Made by a program: the position numbers and the translations under genes
The notes under the pieces: generated by a model
The model's database searches: none
What the model saw: only the letters and a program-made list of their open reading frames with translations
What the model was told of the DNA's origin: nothing
Shown here: positions 9,013 through 18,250 of the stretch, in pieces
How positions within the stretch are numbered: position 1 is the stretch's first letter
Layout: each line of letters starts with the position of its first letter
NCBI GenBank assembly: GCA_012522015.1
Contig: JAAYLD010000066.1
Location: forward strand, 1 to 63,822
Source: Clostridiales bacterium
Lineage (GTDB): Bacteria > Bacillota > Clostridia > Oscillospirales > CAG-272
DNA: 63,822 nucleotides
Direction: 5' to 3'

Positions 9013-10026
9013 TTACTTATTGATAGCTCCGTCAGCTATATTAACCTCTCCGTCGCAGTTGACGATGGAACCGCCGGCGTCAGCGTTGATTTTACCGCCC
9101 GTCACAGTTATTGAAGTAACAGCCTGCAGTGAATCGTCTCCGGAGTCTATCGAGATAGTGCCACCTTCAATAAAGACATAACCTTTATCTTGCCTTGTTT
9201 TGTTTGTTGATTTGATACCGTCATTTTTACATGCGATAGTTATGTTTCCTTCTTTGATTGTCACGCTGTCATTGCCGCGGATTCCGTGATTTTCAGCAGT
9301 TACATTGATAGTGCCGCTTATTATCTTCAGGTCATCCTTAGAACCGATGCCGTTATTGTAGTTTGCATAAACTTTAAGCGTGCCTGTCCCATTTATGGTA
9401 AGGTCGTCTTTTGAGAAAAGACAGGCGTTAGGTTCACCTTCGGCATTCAAACCGGTGTAGTTGTCGCCATCCTGGAGAGTGGAGGTTGTTCCTTCAACAA
9501 GAGTAATTGATGTCTTGTCGCAACTTTTAATCCATATGGGAGCACTTGTTTTACAGATAAGGCTGAGCTTATCGAAGACGAGGTGAACCTTTTCCTCTTT
9601 TGTTACTTCGACTATGACCTGACCGTCTTTGCATGAGCCAGTGAGAATATATGTGCCCTCGGCGGATATTGTGACGACAGTGTCATTTGCAGCGGCGCCT
9701 TTACCGTCGATTTTAACGGATGAATCCGAAAATGTTATCTTTGCATCGTAGTCGTTGTATGATTCGTTAAGGTCGAACTTTGTATAGCGCACAACCTGGG
9801 TGTTATCAGGCTTTTCGCCAATTTCGTCGTCTCCTGTGTTGTCGCCGTCCGAATCATCGGGATCGTTATTTTCTGTGGGAGAACTACTGGGGGCTGTGCT
9901 GTTATCTTTTGTGTTGTCTGTATTGTCACCTTTTGATGAGTCACATGAGGCAAGCATTGCAGCACATAAAGCTGTTATAAGTAGAGCCGAAATAATAATT
10001 AAAAAAAATTTTTTATAAGCGTACAT
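9013..10026 (-). CDS. Carbohydrate-binding beta-helix lipoprotein (Cthe_2159/DUF4353-like)
   Basis: Lipobox MLASC, acidic Ser/Thr linker, and repeated beta-helix turns (GTYILTGS, SKDDLTINGTGTL, HGIRGNDSVTI, NDGIKS). Confidence 0.85.
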   Translation of the reverse strand: MYAYKKFFLIIISALLITALCAAMLASCDSSKGDNTDNTKDNSTAPSSSPTENNDPDDSDGDNTGDDEIGEKPDNTQVVRYTKFDLNESYNDYDAKITFSDSSVKIDGKGAAANDTVVTISAEGTYILTGSCKDGQVIVEVTKEEKVHLVFDKLSLICKTSAPIWIKSCDKTSITLVEGTTSTLQDGDNYTGLNAEGEPNACLFSKDDLTINGTGTLKVYANYNNGIGSKDDLKIISGTINVTAENHGIRGNDSVTIKEGNITIACKNDGIKSTNKTRQDKGYVFIEGGTISIDSGDDSLQAVTSITVTGGKINADAGGSIVNCDGEVNIADGAINK

Positions 10027-10142
10027 GGTGTACTCCTTTGGAAAATCAAAGTTGTATTCACACCGGCTACTATTTATTATGGACCGGTTTATTACGTATA
10101 AAAATCTATGTATTTTTAGGTTGGTTAAGACTAAAGCGGTTT

Positions 10143-10727
10143 TTATATTAATGTGATGTCGCTTATCAAGACGGCGCGGCAGGGAGCACCGTCGGAGCCG
10201 CCCATGTTTATAGGCGCTGCAAATAAAAAGTATCGACTGTCAGGTGCATTTTTAAGGCGCAGCCCCTCTATTATGGCGACGTTTGAAGACAAAAGAATGA
10301 GGTGTGTTTCACGAGGGGACTTGGGATTGCCTACACTTTGTGATTCTACGCCGACAAGGAGAATTCCCCGCTCAACGATAAGGCGTGCGGCGTCCGCAGT
10401 TATGTAGTCTGCTCCGCGTATGAGAAGACGCTTGCAGTCGGAGGGAATCAATCGGGCAAGAGCCTCAGCGTTTGCCGCTCCGTGCACGGAAATCACATCG
10501 GCTGTGCCCACAAAGCGTTGCAAATCAAGCTGGTCAACAGATGGAGCGCCGTCGATGAAATGACATGGCGCGTCGACGTGCGTGCCGTTGTGAACACACA
10601 TTGTAACATCTGTTAAGTTTATGGCATCACCGCTTGATATTGACATGACGCGCCGCGGCATAGGAGGTGTGTCGCCAGGGAAAACAACAGAGCTATAAAG
10701 CTCTTGAGATATATCAATAATTTTCAT
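10143..10727 (-). CDS. Cyclase family metal-dependent hydrolase (kynurenine formamidase-like)
   Basis: HNGTHVDAPCHF (HxGTHxDxPxH), IIEGL and DGAPCRAV motifs. Confidence 0.92.
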   Translation of the reverse strand: MKIIDISQELYSSVVFPGDTPPMPRRVMSISSGDAINLTDVTMCVHNGTHVDAPCHFIDGAPSVDQLDLQRFVGTADVISVHGAANAEALARLIPSDCKRLLIRGADYITADAARLIVERGILLVGVESQSVGNPKSPRETHLILLSSNVAIIEGLRLKNAPDSRYFLFAAPINMGGSDGAPCRAVLISDITLI

Positions 10728-10734
10728 TATAATT

Positions 10735-10830
10735 ATATAAAAACACCGAAGTGTTCAATTAGTGAGGGCGGCCGCAATTTCTGTACGCAAGCACAAAAAT
10801 CGCGCTTGGCACGACCGCTTTTAAATAAGT
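10735..10830 (-). ncRNA. Candidate structured leader RNA or sRNA ending in a C(UUCG)G terminator hairpin
   Basis: Lies between a consensus promoter and the cyclase start. Nested stems GCGGUCG/CGGCCGC and CAAGCGC/GUGCUUG, then GAACAC-UUCG-GUGUUU-UUAU. No match to a family I recognise. Confidence 0.45.
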
Positions 10831-10836
10831 TACATT

Positions 10837-10865
10837 ATTATATCACGATTATTTTACGATTGCAA
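10837..10865 (-). promoter_or_regulatory. Sigma-A promoter upstream of the cyclase leader
   Basis: Minus strand TTGCAA-17 nt-TATAAT with TGn extension. Confidence 0.75.
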
Positions 10866-11064
10866 CAAGCATAATTAAACGAAACGGTAAAAAAATTTGT
10901 AGGGTTACAATACAAAAAAATAGCTTGCTATTTATCTTTGAAAATCAAATTCTACCCCTATGCGCCCTCTCGGGTATCTTTCTCCTATCCATTTTCTTGA
11001 TCATTGACTGTCCAATATGTTTGAAAAACCTACAACGTTATAATAATATTTTCATTAATTACAC

Positions 11065-11093
11065 TTGACAGCGGACGGGCAATGTGCTATCAT
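11065..11093 (+). promoter_or_regulatory. Sigma-A promoter for tRNA-Arg
   Basis: TTGACA-17 nt-TATCAT, 21 nt upstream of the tRNA. Confidence 0.75.
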
Positions 11094-11114
11094 ATTTAGG
11101 CTCAAAAAAACCTT

Positions 11115-11187
11115 GCGCCCTTAGCTCAGTGGATAGAGTGCCCGGCTACGAACCGGTAGGTCAAAGGTTCGAATCCTTTAGGGCGCG
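11115..11187 (+). tRNA. tRNA-Arg (anticodon ACG)
   Basis: Acceptor GCGCCCT/AGGGCGC, D stem GCTC/GAGT, loop CT-ACG-AA, T arm AAAGG-TTCGAAT-CCTTT. Confidence 0.95.
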
Positions 11188-11189
11188 CT

Positions 11190-11221
11190 TAAACACCTCC
11201 CTTTGGAAGGTGTTTTTTTTG
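11190..11221 (+). terminator. Terminator after tRNA-Arg
   Basis: AAACACCTCC...GGAAGGTGTTTTTTTT hairpin plus T tract. Confidence 0.75.
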
Positions 11222-11356
11222 CCTTTTTTGTTTTTGCGTATTATCAGAAGTGCTTAACATTTAAAATAATATAACCTGCAAGCGAAGATTAAGCGCAAGC
11301 ACTAACATAGCAATATAAAGACAGACACATAAAATATAAAGCAAAAGTTATAATAA

Positions 11357-11385
11357 TTGCCACACGGTTGCTTTCATGATATAAT
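11357..11385 (+). promoter_or_regulatory. Sigma-A promoter for the rimM operon
   Basis: TTGCCA-17 nt-TATAAT with TGn extension. Confidence 0.7.
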
Positions 11386-11453
11386 GTACAAAATAGGTGT
11401 AGCATTTTATTAACGGCATTTGTCACATAATCGGACTGGAGGAACTTAATCTG

Positions 11454-11963
11454 ATGGCGAAGCCTCAGTACCTAAGATGCGGTGAGATCATCAACACGCA
11501 CGGCTTGCGCGGAGCAGTTAAAGTCCGTGCCGAATGTGATTCGCCAAAAATTCTTGCATCTCTGCGGCATATATATCTTGACCCGAATGGTGATGTGGTG
11601 TTTGAGATCGTGTCCAGTTCAGTTATGGGGAACTTCGTCTTACTCTCGCTCTCCGGTATCAACACGCTTGATGCTGCTGCCACTCTGAAAAATAAGATTA
11701 TTTACGCAGGACGCGACGAGCTTGAAGAGCATATAGCCCCGGGAGCACACTTTATTGCCGATTTAATTGGACTTCCGCTTATTCACGCCGATACCGGCGA
11801 GAAGCTTGGCATTTTAAAGGATGTATTCAATGTCGGTGCGTCGGATATCTATGTTGTCGATACACCGCGCGGTGAGAGGATGATGCCGGCTGTTGCAGAG
11901 TATGTAAAAGAAATTACAGACGATGCAATCTATGTGCGTCCGATTGAAGGAATGCTTGACTAA
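11454..11963 (+). CDS. rimM: 16S rRNA processing protein RimM
   Basis: GEIINTHGLRGAVKV, ADLIG, GASDIYVV and PIEGML motifs; RBS GGAGG. Confidence 0.95.
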   Translation: MAKPQYLRCGEIINTHGLRGAVKVRAECDSPKILASLRHIYLDPNGDVVFEIVSSSVMGNFVLLSLSGINTLDAAATLKNKIIYAGRDELEEHIAPGAHFIADLIGLPLIHADTGEKLGILKDVFNVGASDIYVVDTPRGERMMPAVAEYVKEITDDAIYVRPIEGMLD

Positions 11964-12019
11964 CGACAATATTTTACCGAAACAAAAAAAATATAAAATA
12001 TAATTTTGTATATAGACAG

Positions 12020-12784
12020 ATGATATTTGATATAATGACGCTTTTCCCGGAGGTAGTTCGCGCTGTACTTGACAGCAGCATAACGGGACGCGCACAAGCG
12101 GCGGGACATATTAAAATTAACACGTACAACATAAGAGACTACTCGAAGGACAAGCACCGTCGTGTTGATGATACGCCTTACGGCGGCGGGCGCGGAATGC
12201 TGATGACCCCGCAGCCGATATACGATTGTTATCAGGCGATTTTAAAGGAGTGCGCGCCGGGCGAATCACGCAGGGTTATTTATCTTTCGCCGAAGGGAAA
12301 AGTCTTCACACAACAAACAGCTAAAAGATTCGCTCAGTATGACAGGCTTATACTTCTGTGCGGTCATTATGAGGGAGTAGACCAGCGTGTGCTTGATCTT
12401 ATAGTCGATGAGTATGTTTCAATCGGCGATTATGTTTTGACCGGCGGGGAGATTCCGGCTTGCGTCGTTGTCGATTGCGTATCAAGGCTCATTGACGGTG
12501 TTCTTCCGTCGTCCGAATGTTATGAAAGCGAAAGCCTTACAGAGGGGCTTCTTGAGTATCCGCAGTACACGCGCCCGCCCGTTTTTATGGGAATACCGGT
12601 TCCCGAGGTTTTACTCTCGGGGAATCATGCGAAAATTGATAATTGGCGCCGCGAGAGGGCGATTGAAATAACGCGCCTTATGCGGCCGGATTTACTTTGC
12701 GACGGGGAGCGTGTCGGCGATAATAAATGCGGCGGCGAAGATGATAAAACAGCAGTCGGCGACAACAAGTCGAACATTGAATAA
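12020..12784 (+). CDS. trmD: tRNA (guanine37-N1)-methyltransferase
   Basis: VDDTPYGGGRGM, LCGHYEGVDQRV, SIGDYVLTGGE and LEYPQYTRP motifs. Confidence 0.98.
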   Translation: MIFDIMTLFPEVVRAVLDSSITGRAQAAGHIKINTYNIRDYSKDKHRRVDDTPYGGGRGMLMTPQPIYDCYQAILKECAPGESRRVIYLSPKGKVFTQQTAKRFAQYDRLILLCGHYEGVDQRVLDLIVDEYVSIGDYVLTGGEIPACVVVDCVSRLIDGVLPSSECYESESLTEGLLEYPQYTRPPVFMGIPVPEVLLSGNHAKIDNWRRERAIEITRLMRPDLLCDGERVGDNKCGGEDDKTAVGDNKSNIE

Positions 12785-12827
12785 GAAACATATGAATTGA
12801 TGACATAAAGCAAGGAGGGGGAGTGTT

Positions 12828-14759
12828 ATGGGCGACACCGATAAGTCCACATCGACCACCGTGGATACCGGGCGCGTTAAGTCTGGCAGCGGGCGTTGTG
12901 GCTCAATCAGTTCGCGAATAAGAGAATCGTTTGACTGCAGCGTCGTCAGACACTTTTTTACCTCATACAATGTCATCGCCGAAAAGTGGCGCTCCTCAGC
13001 ACTTGCGGGAATATTTAAGCACCGCTTGTTTTTGCGCTGTGAGGCGCGTGTCAGACGCACTGTTGCCGCATCTATTGAAAAAAGCACAAATCTCAGGTTT
13101 ATTTCCGCTCAGATGAAGCATCTTTTATCGCTGACACTTTCGCATTACGGGCTGGCTTTGTTCTTTTTCGGTGTGTATACATCAATTATATATTTGATAT
13201 GCCTGATGTTGCCGGCAATTGGCGCTGATATCGACTCGCTTATAACCGGTATATCACTCATGCTTGTTTCCCTGCCGCTTTTGCTCTCAAGAAAAACTCT
13301 TGCAGAGGCTATCTCTGAGAGCCGCATAGCGCGCTGGCTTGTTTTTAGTGTGTCCGGGTTCCGTCGTGAGGATTTGGCAACAGTTAAGCGCCGGAGGGGA
13401 CGTGCCGATGTTGCGTTTATTATTGGAATGATACTTGGGCTTTTAACGTTTTATGTTGATCCTCTTGTTATCACTTCTGTCCTTATTGCAATACCGGCGC
13501 TGTATATATTATTTATATCGCCGGAAGCCGGGGTCGTTGTTTTTTTTGCAATAGCCCCCTTAATTAGTGCAAGAGCGGCAGCACAGTTTATTCTTATCCT
13601 TTCGGCTTCATATTTTTTAAAGCTCATACGCGGCCGGCGTACATTTTCCCTTGATCCTGCTGATTTTCATGTGTTTTTATTTGGTGTGCTTTTATATTTC
13701 GCAGAGAAAATCAATTATGCAGGAAACGGCGCATCAAAAAGCGTCAATATGTACGTCGTTTATATACTGTTTTATTTCATCACCGTAAACTTAATAAAAA
13801 GCGAAGCCCAGCGTGAGCGCTGCCGTCGTGCGGCAGCGTATGGAGCCGCCACCGTCGCTGTTTTGTTTTTGGTACGGCGATTTGCATTTGATTTTATACC
13901 GGATTTATCTCATATCAACTCAAACGTCATAAAAGGTATATTTTCACTTGTAGAACAAGCAGCCAAAAACGCATCAGGCTGCGTTTTGTATCTTGTTGCT
14001 GCGCTACCTCTTTTTACAGCATCTTTCTTGAGAAGGCGGGGAGATTCAAAGCCGCTGCGCATGTTTTTATTTGCCGCCGTGTCAGTTGCTGCTGCCGTTT
14101 ACACGCTGTCGCGCGGGCTTTGGCTTGGGGCGGCAGGCGGGCTTTTGCTGTTTCTTTTAATTTATAACTTTAAGTATATATATGTCCTTATTGCTTTTGG
14201 CTGCATGGTTCCTATTCTTTTGTTTTCACTGCCTGAAAAAACAGCTGGGTACCTTGCAGGCATATTTAATATGTCTGGAAGTCAAACTATTGGGCGCGTT
14301 ATTGTTCGCCGCACCTCGCTTTCTATCCTAAACGACAACTGGATCTGCGGTGTTGGCCGCGCGGAGGGACTTTTCCCAAAAATATATTCTCTTTATTCAA
14401 ACGCGCCGTATTTTAGCGAGGACAGCCAAAATCTTTATCTTCAAATAGGTATTGAGCTTGGTATTGCGGGGCTTGTTGTCTTTTCCCTTGCTATGCTTCT
14501 TTTGATGATTAAAGCGTTTACAGCGGTTCGCTTTACGCGAGGCGGTATGAGGCTTAACAGCGCTGCCAGCGCCGCCGGTTTTGCCGCTATGCTTATATAT
14601 GGCATGACCGATTACATTTGGGCTGATCCGCGCGTGTTTTTAATATTCTTTATGTTTGCTGCATTTATTTCCGCGTATAATAGCGAGATGCCAAAGCAAG
14701 ATTCCGTACACTGGGGTGTTGTGATAGGCAGCAAGCGCGAAGCGTCGATTGATATTTGA
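12828..14759 (+). CDS. O-antigen ligase/polymerase (Wzy_C/WaaL-like) family membrane protein
   Basis: Many transmembrane segments, TLSRGLWLG, and a periplasmic-loop-like region with GVG...QNLYLQIGIELGIAGL. Confidence 0.8.
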   Translation: MGDTDKSTSTTVDTGRVKSGSGRCGSISSRIRESFDCSVVRHFFTSYNVIAEKWRSSALAGIFKHRLFLRCEARVRRTVAASIEKSTNLRFISAQMKHLLSLTLSHYGLALFFFGVYTSIIYLICLMLPAIGADIDSLITGISLMLVSLPLLLSRKTLAEAISESRIARWLVFSVSGFRREDLATVKRRRGRADVAFIIGMILGLLTFYVDPLVITSVLIAIPALYILFISPEAGVVVFFAIAPLISARAAAQFILILSASYFLKLIRGRRTFSLDPADFHVFLFGVLLYFAEKINYAGNGASKSVNMYVVYILFYFITVNLIKSEAQRERCRRAAAYGAATVAVLFLVRRFAFDFIPDLSHINSNVIKGIFSLVEQAAKNASGCVLYLVAALPLFTASFLRRRGDSKPLRMFLFAAVSVAAAVYTLSRGLWLGAAGGLLLFLLIYNFKYIYVLIAFGCMVPILLFSLPEKTAGYLAGIFNMSGSQTIGRVIVRRTSLSILNDNWICGVGRAEGLFPKIYSLYSNAPYFSEDSQNLYLQIGIELGIAGLVVFSLAMLLLMIKAFTAVRFTRGGMRLNSAASAAGFAAMLIYGMTDYIWADPRVFLIFFMFAAFISAYNSEMPKQDSVHWGVVIGSKREASIDI

Positions 14760-14809
14760 CACTGCTTGAGCTTCGGTTTTATGTATACGAAACGGAGGAA
14801 TGACTGTCT

Positions 14810-15271
14810 GTGAGAAAAAATGGCGTTGGTGTGGCATCAGCAAATAGGGTACGCATATCAGTGGCTGACATTGTCATCATTATAACAGTGGCCGTTTTTG
14901 TTGCTATGCTCATTCACTTTACATTTGCAAAAGACGATGGCACCGACGGATATATAATACAGTACGTTGTCAAGGTTACCGGCGTACGAGATGAGCTTTC
15001 GGACAGGATTACAGTTGGCGATGCTGTCTACAACATGGAAGACAATCTGCCGATGGGGACGGTGACAGCCTTCAGCCGCGAAGCGTCCGTTGATGAGAAG
15101 GGCAGAACAATACCCGGCATGATGGATCTTTATGTGACAATAGAGGCAAGTGCTCGTCCATACGGCGTTGGAAGCGCAGTATCGGGGCATATGATATATG
15201 CTGAGGGACATCTTGAGCTTCGAACGAGCAAGTTTTATTTTGCCGGCGTGTGCATCGACGTCAGCAGATGA
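14810..15271 (+). CDS. DUF4330-like membrane-anchored protein
   Basis: ADIVIIITVAVFV N-terminal anchor, then YVVKVTGVR...ITVGD...DLYVTIEA, a pattern I recall for DUF4330. Confidence 0.65.
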   Translation: MRKNGVGVASANRVRISVADIVIIITVAVFVAMLIHFTFAKDDGTDGYIIQYVVKVTGVRDELSDRITVGDAVYNMEDNLPMGTVTAFSREASVDEKGRTIPGMMDLYVTIEASARPYGVGSAVSGHMIYAEGHLELRTSKFYFAGVCIDVSR

Positions 15272-15855
15272 GGGAAGGTGGCGCGACAGCAATGAGAAAA
15301 AGAAGATACGGTGCTGGATCTGGTAGAGAGACTGTGTTAAATGAAAATAAAGCAAACATAAAAAATGGATTCGGTGTGCTCGATGCGTTCGCCGTCGTAC
15401 TTATTATTGTTTGCTTGGCCTCGGTCGCCGCAAGGTATATTTTAACCAACGAAAAAGGTATTTTGCATAATGAACCTGAATTATCAGATGTCGCAGTATC
15501 AATACTAATATCAGATGTTATGTATACAACAGCCGATAATTTCTCGGAAGGCATGGTGTTTTACCTTGACGGGTCATTTGAGGTGGTGGGGGAGCTTGCT
15601 GCGAATTTCACCGTTACTCCGGCACAGTATTATACTGAGAATGAAAATGGTGAGCTTGTGCTTGCTTACCGCAGTGAGGAAGGCGGCAATGTTGATATTC
15701 GCGCCACGCTAATTACCGAAGGTTATTTCAGTGATGGTACTTATTATTTGAATGGCAAAACACTCCTGACATCAGGAATGACAATCACTATAACAGATAG
15801 TAGCGGGTTGATGAAAGTTGTTGCGATGATACTTGACATTGCGCTTGTATCGTAA
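15268..15855 (+). CDS. Second DUF4330-like membrane-anchored protein
   Basis: ATGA overlap with the previous stop (alternative start 15292). LDAFAVVLIIVCL anchor, and VDIRATL..EGY...GTYYLNGK. Confidence 0.6.
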   Translation: MREGGATAMRKRRYGAGSGRETVLNENKANIKNGFGVLDAFAVVLIIVCLASVAARYILTNEKGILHNEPELSDVAVSILISDVMYTTADNFSEGMVFYLDGSFEVVGELAANFTVTPAQYYTENENGELVLAYRSEEGGNVDIRATLITEGYFSDGTYYLNGKTLLTSGMTITITDSSGLMKVVAMILDIALVS

Positions 15856-15907
15856 ATAATAAACAAAATGCGCGATATTAAAAATAATAAATGTATAAAT
15901 ATAGCTA

Positions 15908-15936
15908 TTGATTTTAATTATGGTATTGGTTATAAT
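15908..15936 (+). promoter_or_regulatory. Sigma-A promoter for HPr
   Basis: TTGATT-17 nt-TATAAT. Confidence 0.65.
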
Positions 15937-16005
15937 TTATTTGATCAGTATTATATTGGCTTCTGAGTATATGGGGCCGTTTTATGTTTTCTCATGGGAG
16001 GAAAT

Positions 16006-16269
16006 ATGACTTCTCGCTGTATTAAGATAAAAAACAGTGTTGGCCTTCATGCACGGCCAGCGACGTTTTTTATTCAAAAAGCTAATACGTACTCAAGCTC
16101 TATTTGGGTCGAATGTGATGGGGGGAAAGTCAACGCTAAAAGCTTACTTGGCATTCTTTCTCTCGGCATTAATCAAGGCATGGAAATTACTATTTCAGCG
16201 GAAGGCAGCGATGAGGTTGAAGCTGTCGAAGGTCTTGTTGCTTTGATAGACGCGGGTTTCAGCGAATAA
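16006..16269 (+). CDS. ptsH: Phosphocarrier protein HPr
   Basis: GLHARPA (His15) and NAKSLLG (Ser46); RBS GGGAGG before ATG 16006. Confidence 0.93.
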   Translation: MTSRCIKIKNSVGLHARPATFFIQKANTYSSSIWVECDGGKVNAKSLLGILSLGINQGMEITISAEGSDEVEAVEGLVALIDAGFSE

Positions 16270-16357
16270 TCGCTCTGCCCGCTATTTTTAATATCAACAA
16301 AAGACGGATGCACTTTTTACAATTGCGTCCGTTTGTTTTACGGAGGTTTTTACCGAT

Positions 16358-18247
16358 ATGGAGAGTCACAGCGCGCCTGATGCGAAAAGCGAACGCATGG
16401 CTCGTTTGCGCGCTGCGGCAGCGGCCCTGCCGCTCCTGCCGGGCGTTTACATTATGAGGGATAAACGCGGGCGGGTTATATACATCGGTAAATCAAGGGC
16501 ACTGCGTGCGCGTGTGTCGCAATATTTTGTTGAGGGGCGTCATCCACCAAAAACCGAGTGGATGGTATCGCTTGTCGACAGCTTTGACACGATAGTATGT
16601 ACTACCGAAATAGAAGCTCTGACACTTGAGGCTTCGCTTATAAAGCGCCATTCGCCAAAATACAATGTAAAACTTAAGGATGCAAAAAACTACCCGTATA
16701 TTAAGGTAACGGTGGGAGAAAAATACCCCCGTCTTATAATAACGCGGCGGCGCGGCGCAGAGCGTCCATCAGAAGCCCGTTATTTTGGCCCTTATTCGAG
16801 TGCTGCCGTAGCACGCGATATAATATCGTCTGTCTCTCAAATATTTGGCCTGCCGATTTGCCGGCATGAGTTCCCCCGTGACATTAGAAAAGTCCGTCCG
16901 TGCGTATATTATCAAATGGGACGATGCCGCGGTGTTTGCCGTGGCGATGTTTCAGATGATGAATATGCCGCTGCCATTAGCGCCGCACTGACAGTTTTAC
17001 GCGGGAATATAGGCGAGGCTAAAGCAACGCTTGAAGCGAAGATGATGGAAGCGGCTGAAGAGGAGAATTTTGAGGCGGCTGCTCGCTATCGGGACTCAAT
17101 TTCTGCACTTGAACGGCTGAGAGCACGTCAACATGTAGTTGCAGCACCTGATGAAGAAAAAGATGTTATTGGATATTATGCTGACGCTGACGGGATATGC
17201 TCATGCGCGGCGCTCATTTGTGTGCGTGACGGCGCTGTTGCCGACAAGGAAACATTTGAGTTTGGTGCTGAGCAGCTTATTGATGAAAACGGGATTTCAG
17301 GTGAGGGCGGGCTTTCGGGCTTTATAATTTCCCTTTATGAGCACAGAGAGTATATCCCCGCTGAAGTTTTGCTTTCATTCGATCTTGATGAAAATGAAAA
17401 TACGTTAGTTTCGGAATATTTGACGAAACTTGTCGGCCGTCGTGTTGTTGTGCGAACGCCACAACGCGGTGACGCCAGACGCCTTTGTGAAATAGCTCTT
17501 AATAATGCGAAAGAAGCGGCGGAGCTTTATAAAAAGAGGGCGCGCTCGGATGAGCGTATGCTCTCTGATCTTGCATCAATCCTGTCGCTTGAGGTTTTGC
17601 CGGAGAGGGTAGAAGCGTTTGATGTATCAAACCTCGGCTCTGAGCATATAACGGCTGGAATGGTTGTTGCTGTAGGTGGGAAACTAAAAAAGTCAGAGTA
17701 TCGGATGTTTAAAATAGAAGGGGGCAGCGCTCCCGACGATTATGCCGCTATGGCTGAGGCTGTCGTTCGCCGCATGGGACATCCGGAATGGGGTGAGCCT
17801 GATCTAATATTACTTGACGGCGGTGCAGGACACGTTGGCGTTGTGAGACGAGCACTATCAGCGCGTGGAATTGACATCCCGGTCTTTGGAATGGTTAAGG
17901 ATGAGCACCACCGCACCCGCGAAATCGTTGATGAGGAAGGCGTCGCGGGAATTGCAAGAAACCAGTCTGTTTTTCAGTTCGTTTATAGGCTGCAAGAGGA
18001 GGTTCACCGATTCACCGTTGCCGGAATGTCAAGGACGAAGCGAAAAACGCTTGTCAAGTCATCGCTGACAGCAGTCGATGGCATAGGCCCGGCAAAGGCA
18101 AAGGCCTTACTTGCTCACTTTGGCACGATGACAGCCCTTCGGGCGGCAAGCGAGGATGAAATCGCTGCTGTACGTGGTATCAGTGCAAAAAACGCATCCG
18201 ATGTGTATGCTTTTTTGCATAAAAATCAAAGCAACAGGAAGAGTTGA
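16358..18247 (+). CDS. uvrC: Excinuclease ABC subunit C
   Basis: GIY-YIG (GVYIM...IYIGKS), UVR (ENFEAAARYRD), RNase H-like (VEAFDVS, PDLILLDGG) and HhH (GIGPAKA) domains. Confidence 0.97.
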   Translation: MESHSAPDAKSERMARLRAAAAALPLLPGVYIMRDKRGRVIYIGKSRALRARVSQYFVEGRHPPKTEWMVSLVDSFDTIVCTTEIEALTLEASLIKRHSPKYNVKLKDAKNYPYIKVTVGEKYPRLIITRRRGAERPSEARYFGPYSSAAVARDIISSVSQIFGLPICRHEFPRDIRKVRPCVYYQMGRCRGVCRGDVSDDEYAAAISAALTVLRGNIGEAKATLEAKMMEAAEEENFEAAARYRDSISALERLRARQHVVAAPDEEKDVIGYYADADGICSCAALICVRDGAVADKETFEFGAEQLIDENGISGEGGLSGFIISLYEHREYIPAEVLLSFDLDENENTLVSEYLTKLVGRRVVVRTPQRGDARRLCEIALNNAKEAAELYKKRARSDERMLSDLASILSLEVLPERVEAFDVSNLGSEHITAGMVVAVGGKLKKSEYRMFKIEGGSAPDDYAAMAEAVVRRMGHPEWGEPDLILLDGGAGHVGVVRRALSARGIDIPVFGMVKDEHHRTREIVDEEGVAGIARNQSVFQFVYRLQEEVHRFTVAGMSRTKRKTLVKSSLTAVDGIGPAKAKALLAHFGTMTALRAASEDEIAAVRGISAKNASDVYAFLHKNQSNRKS

Positions 18248-18250
18248 CAC

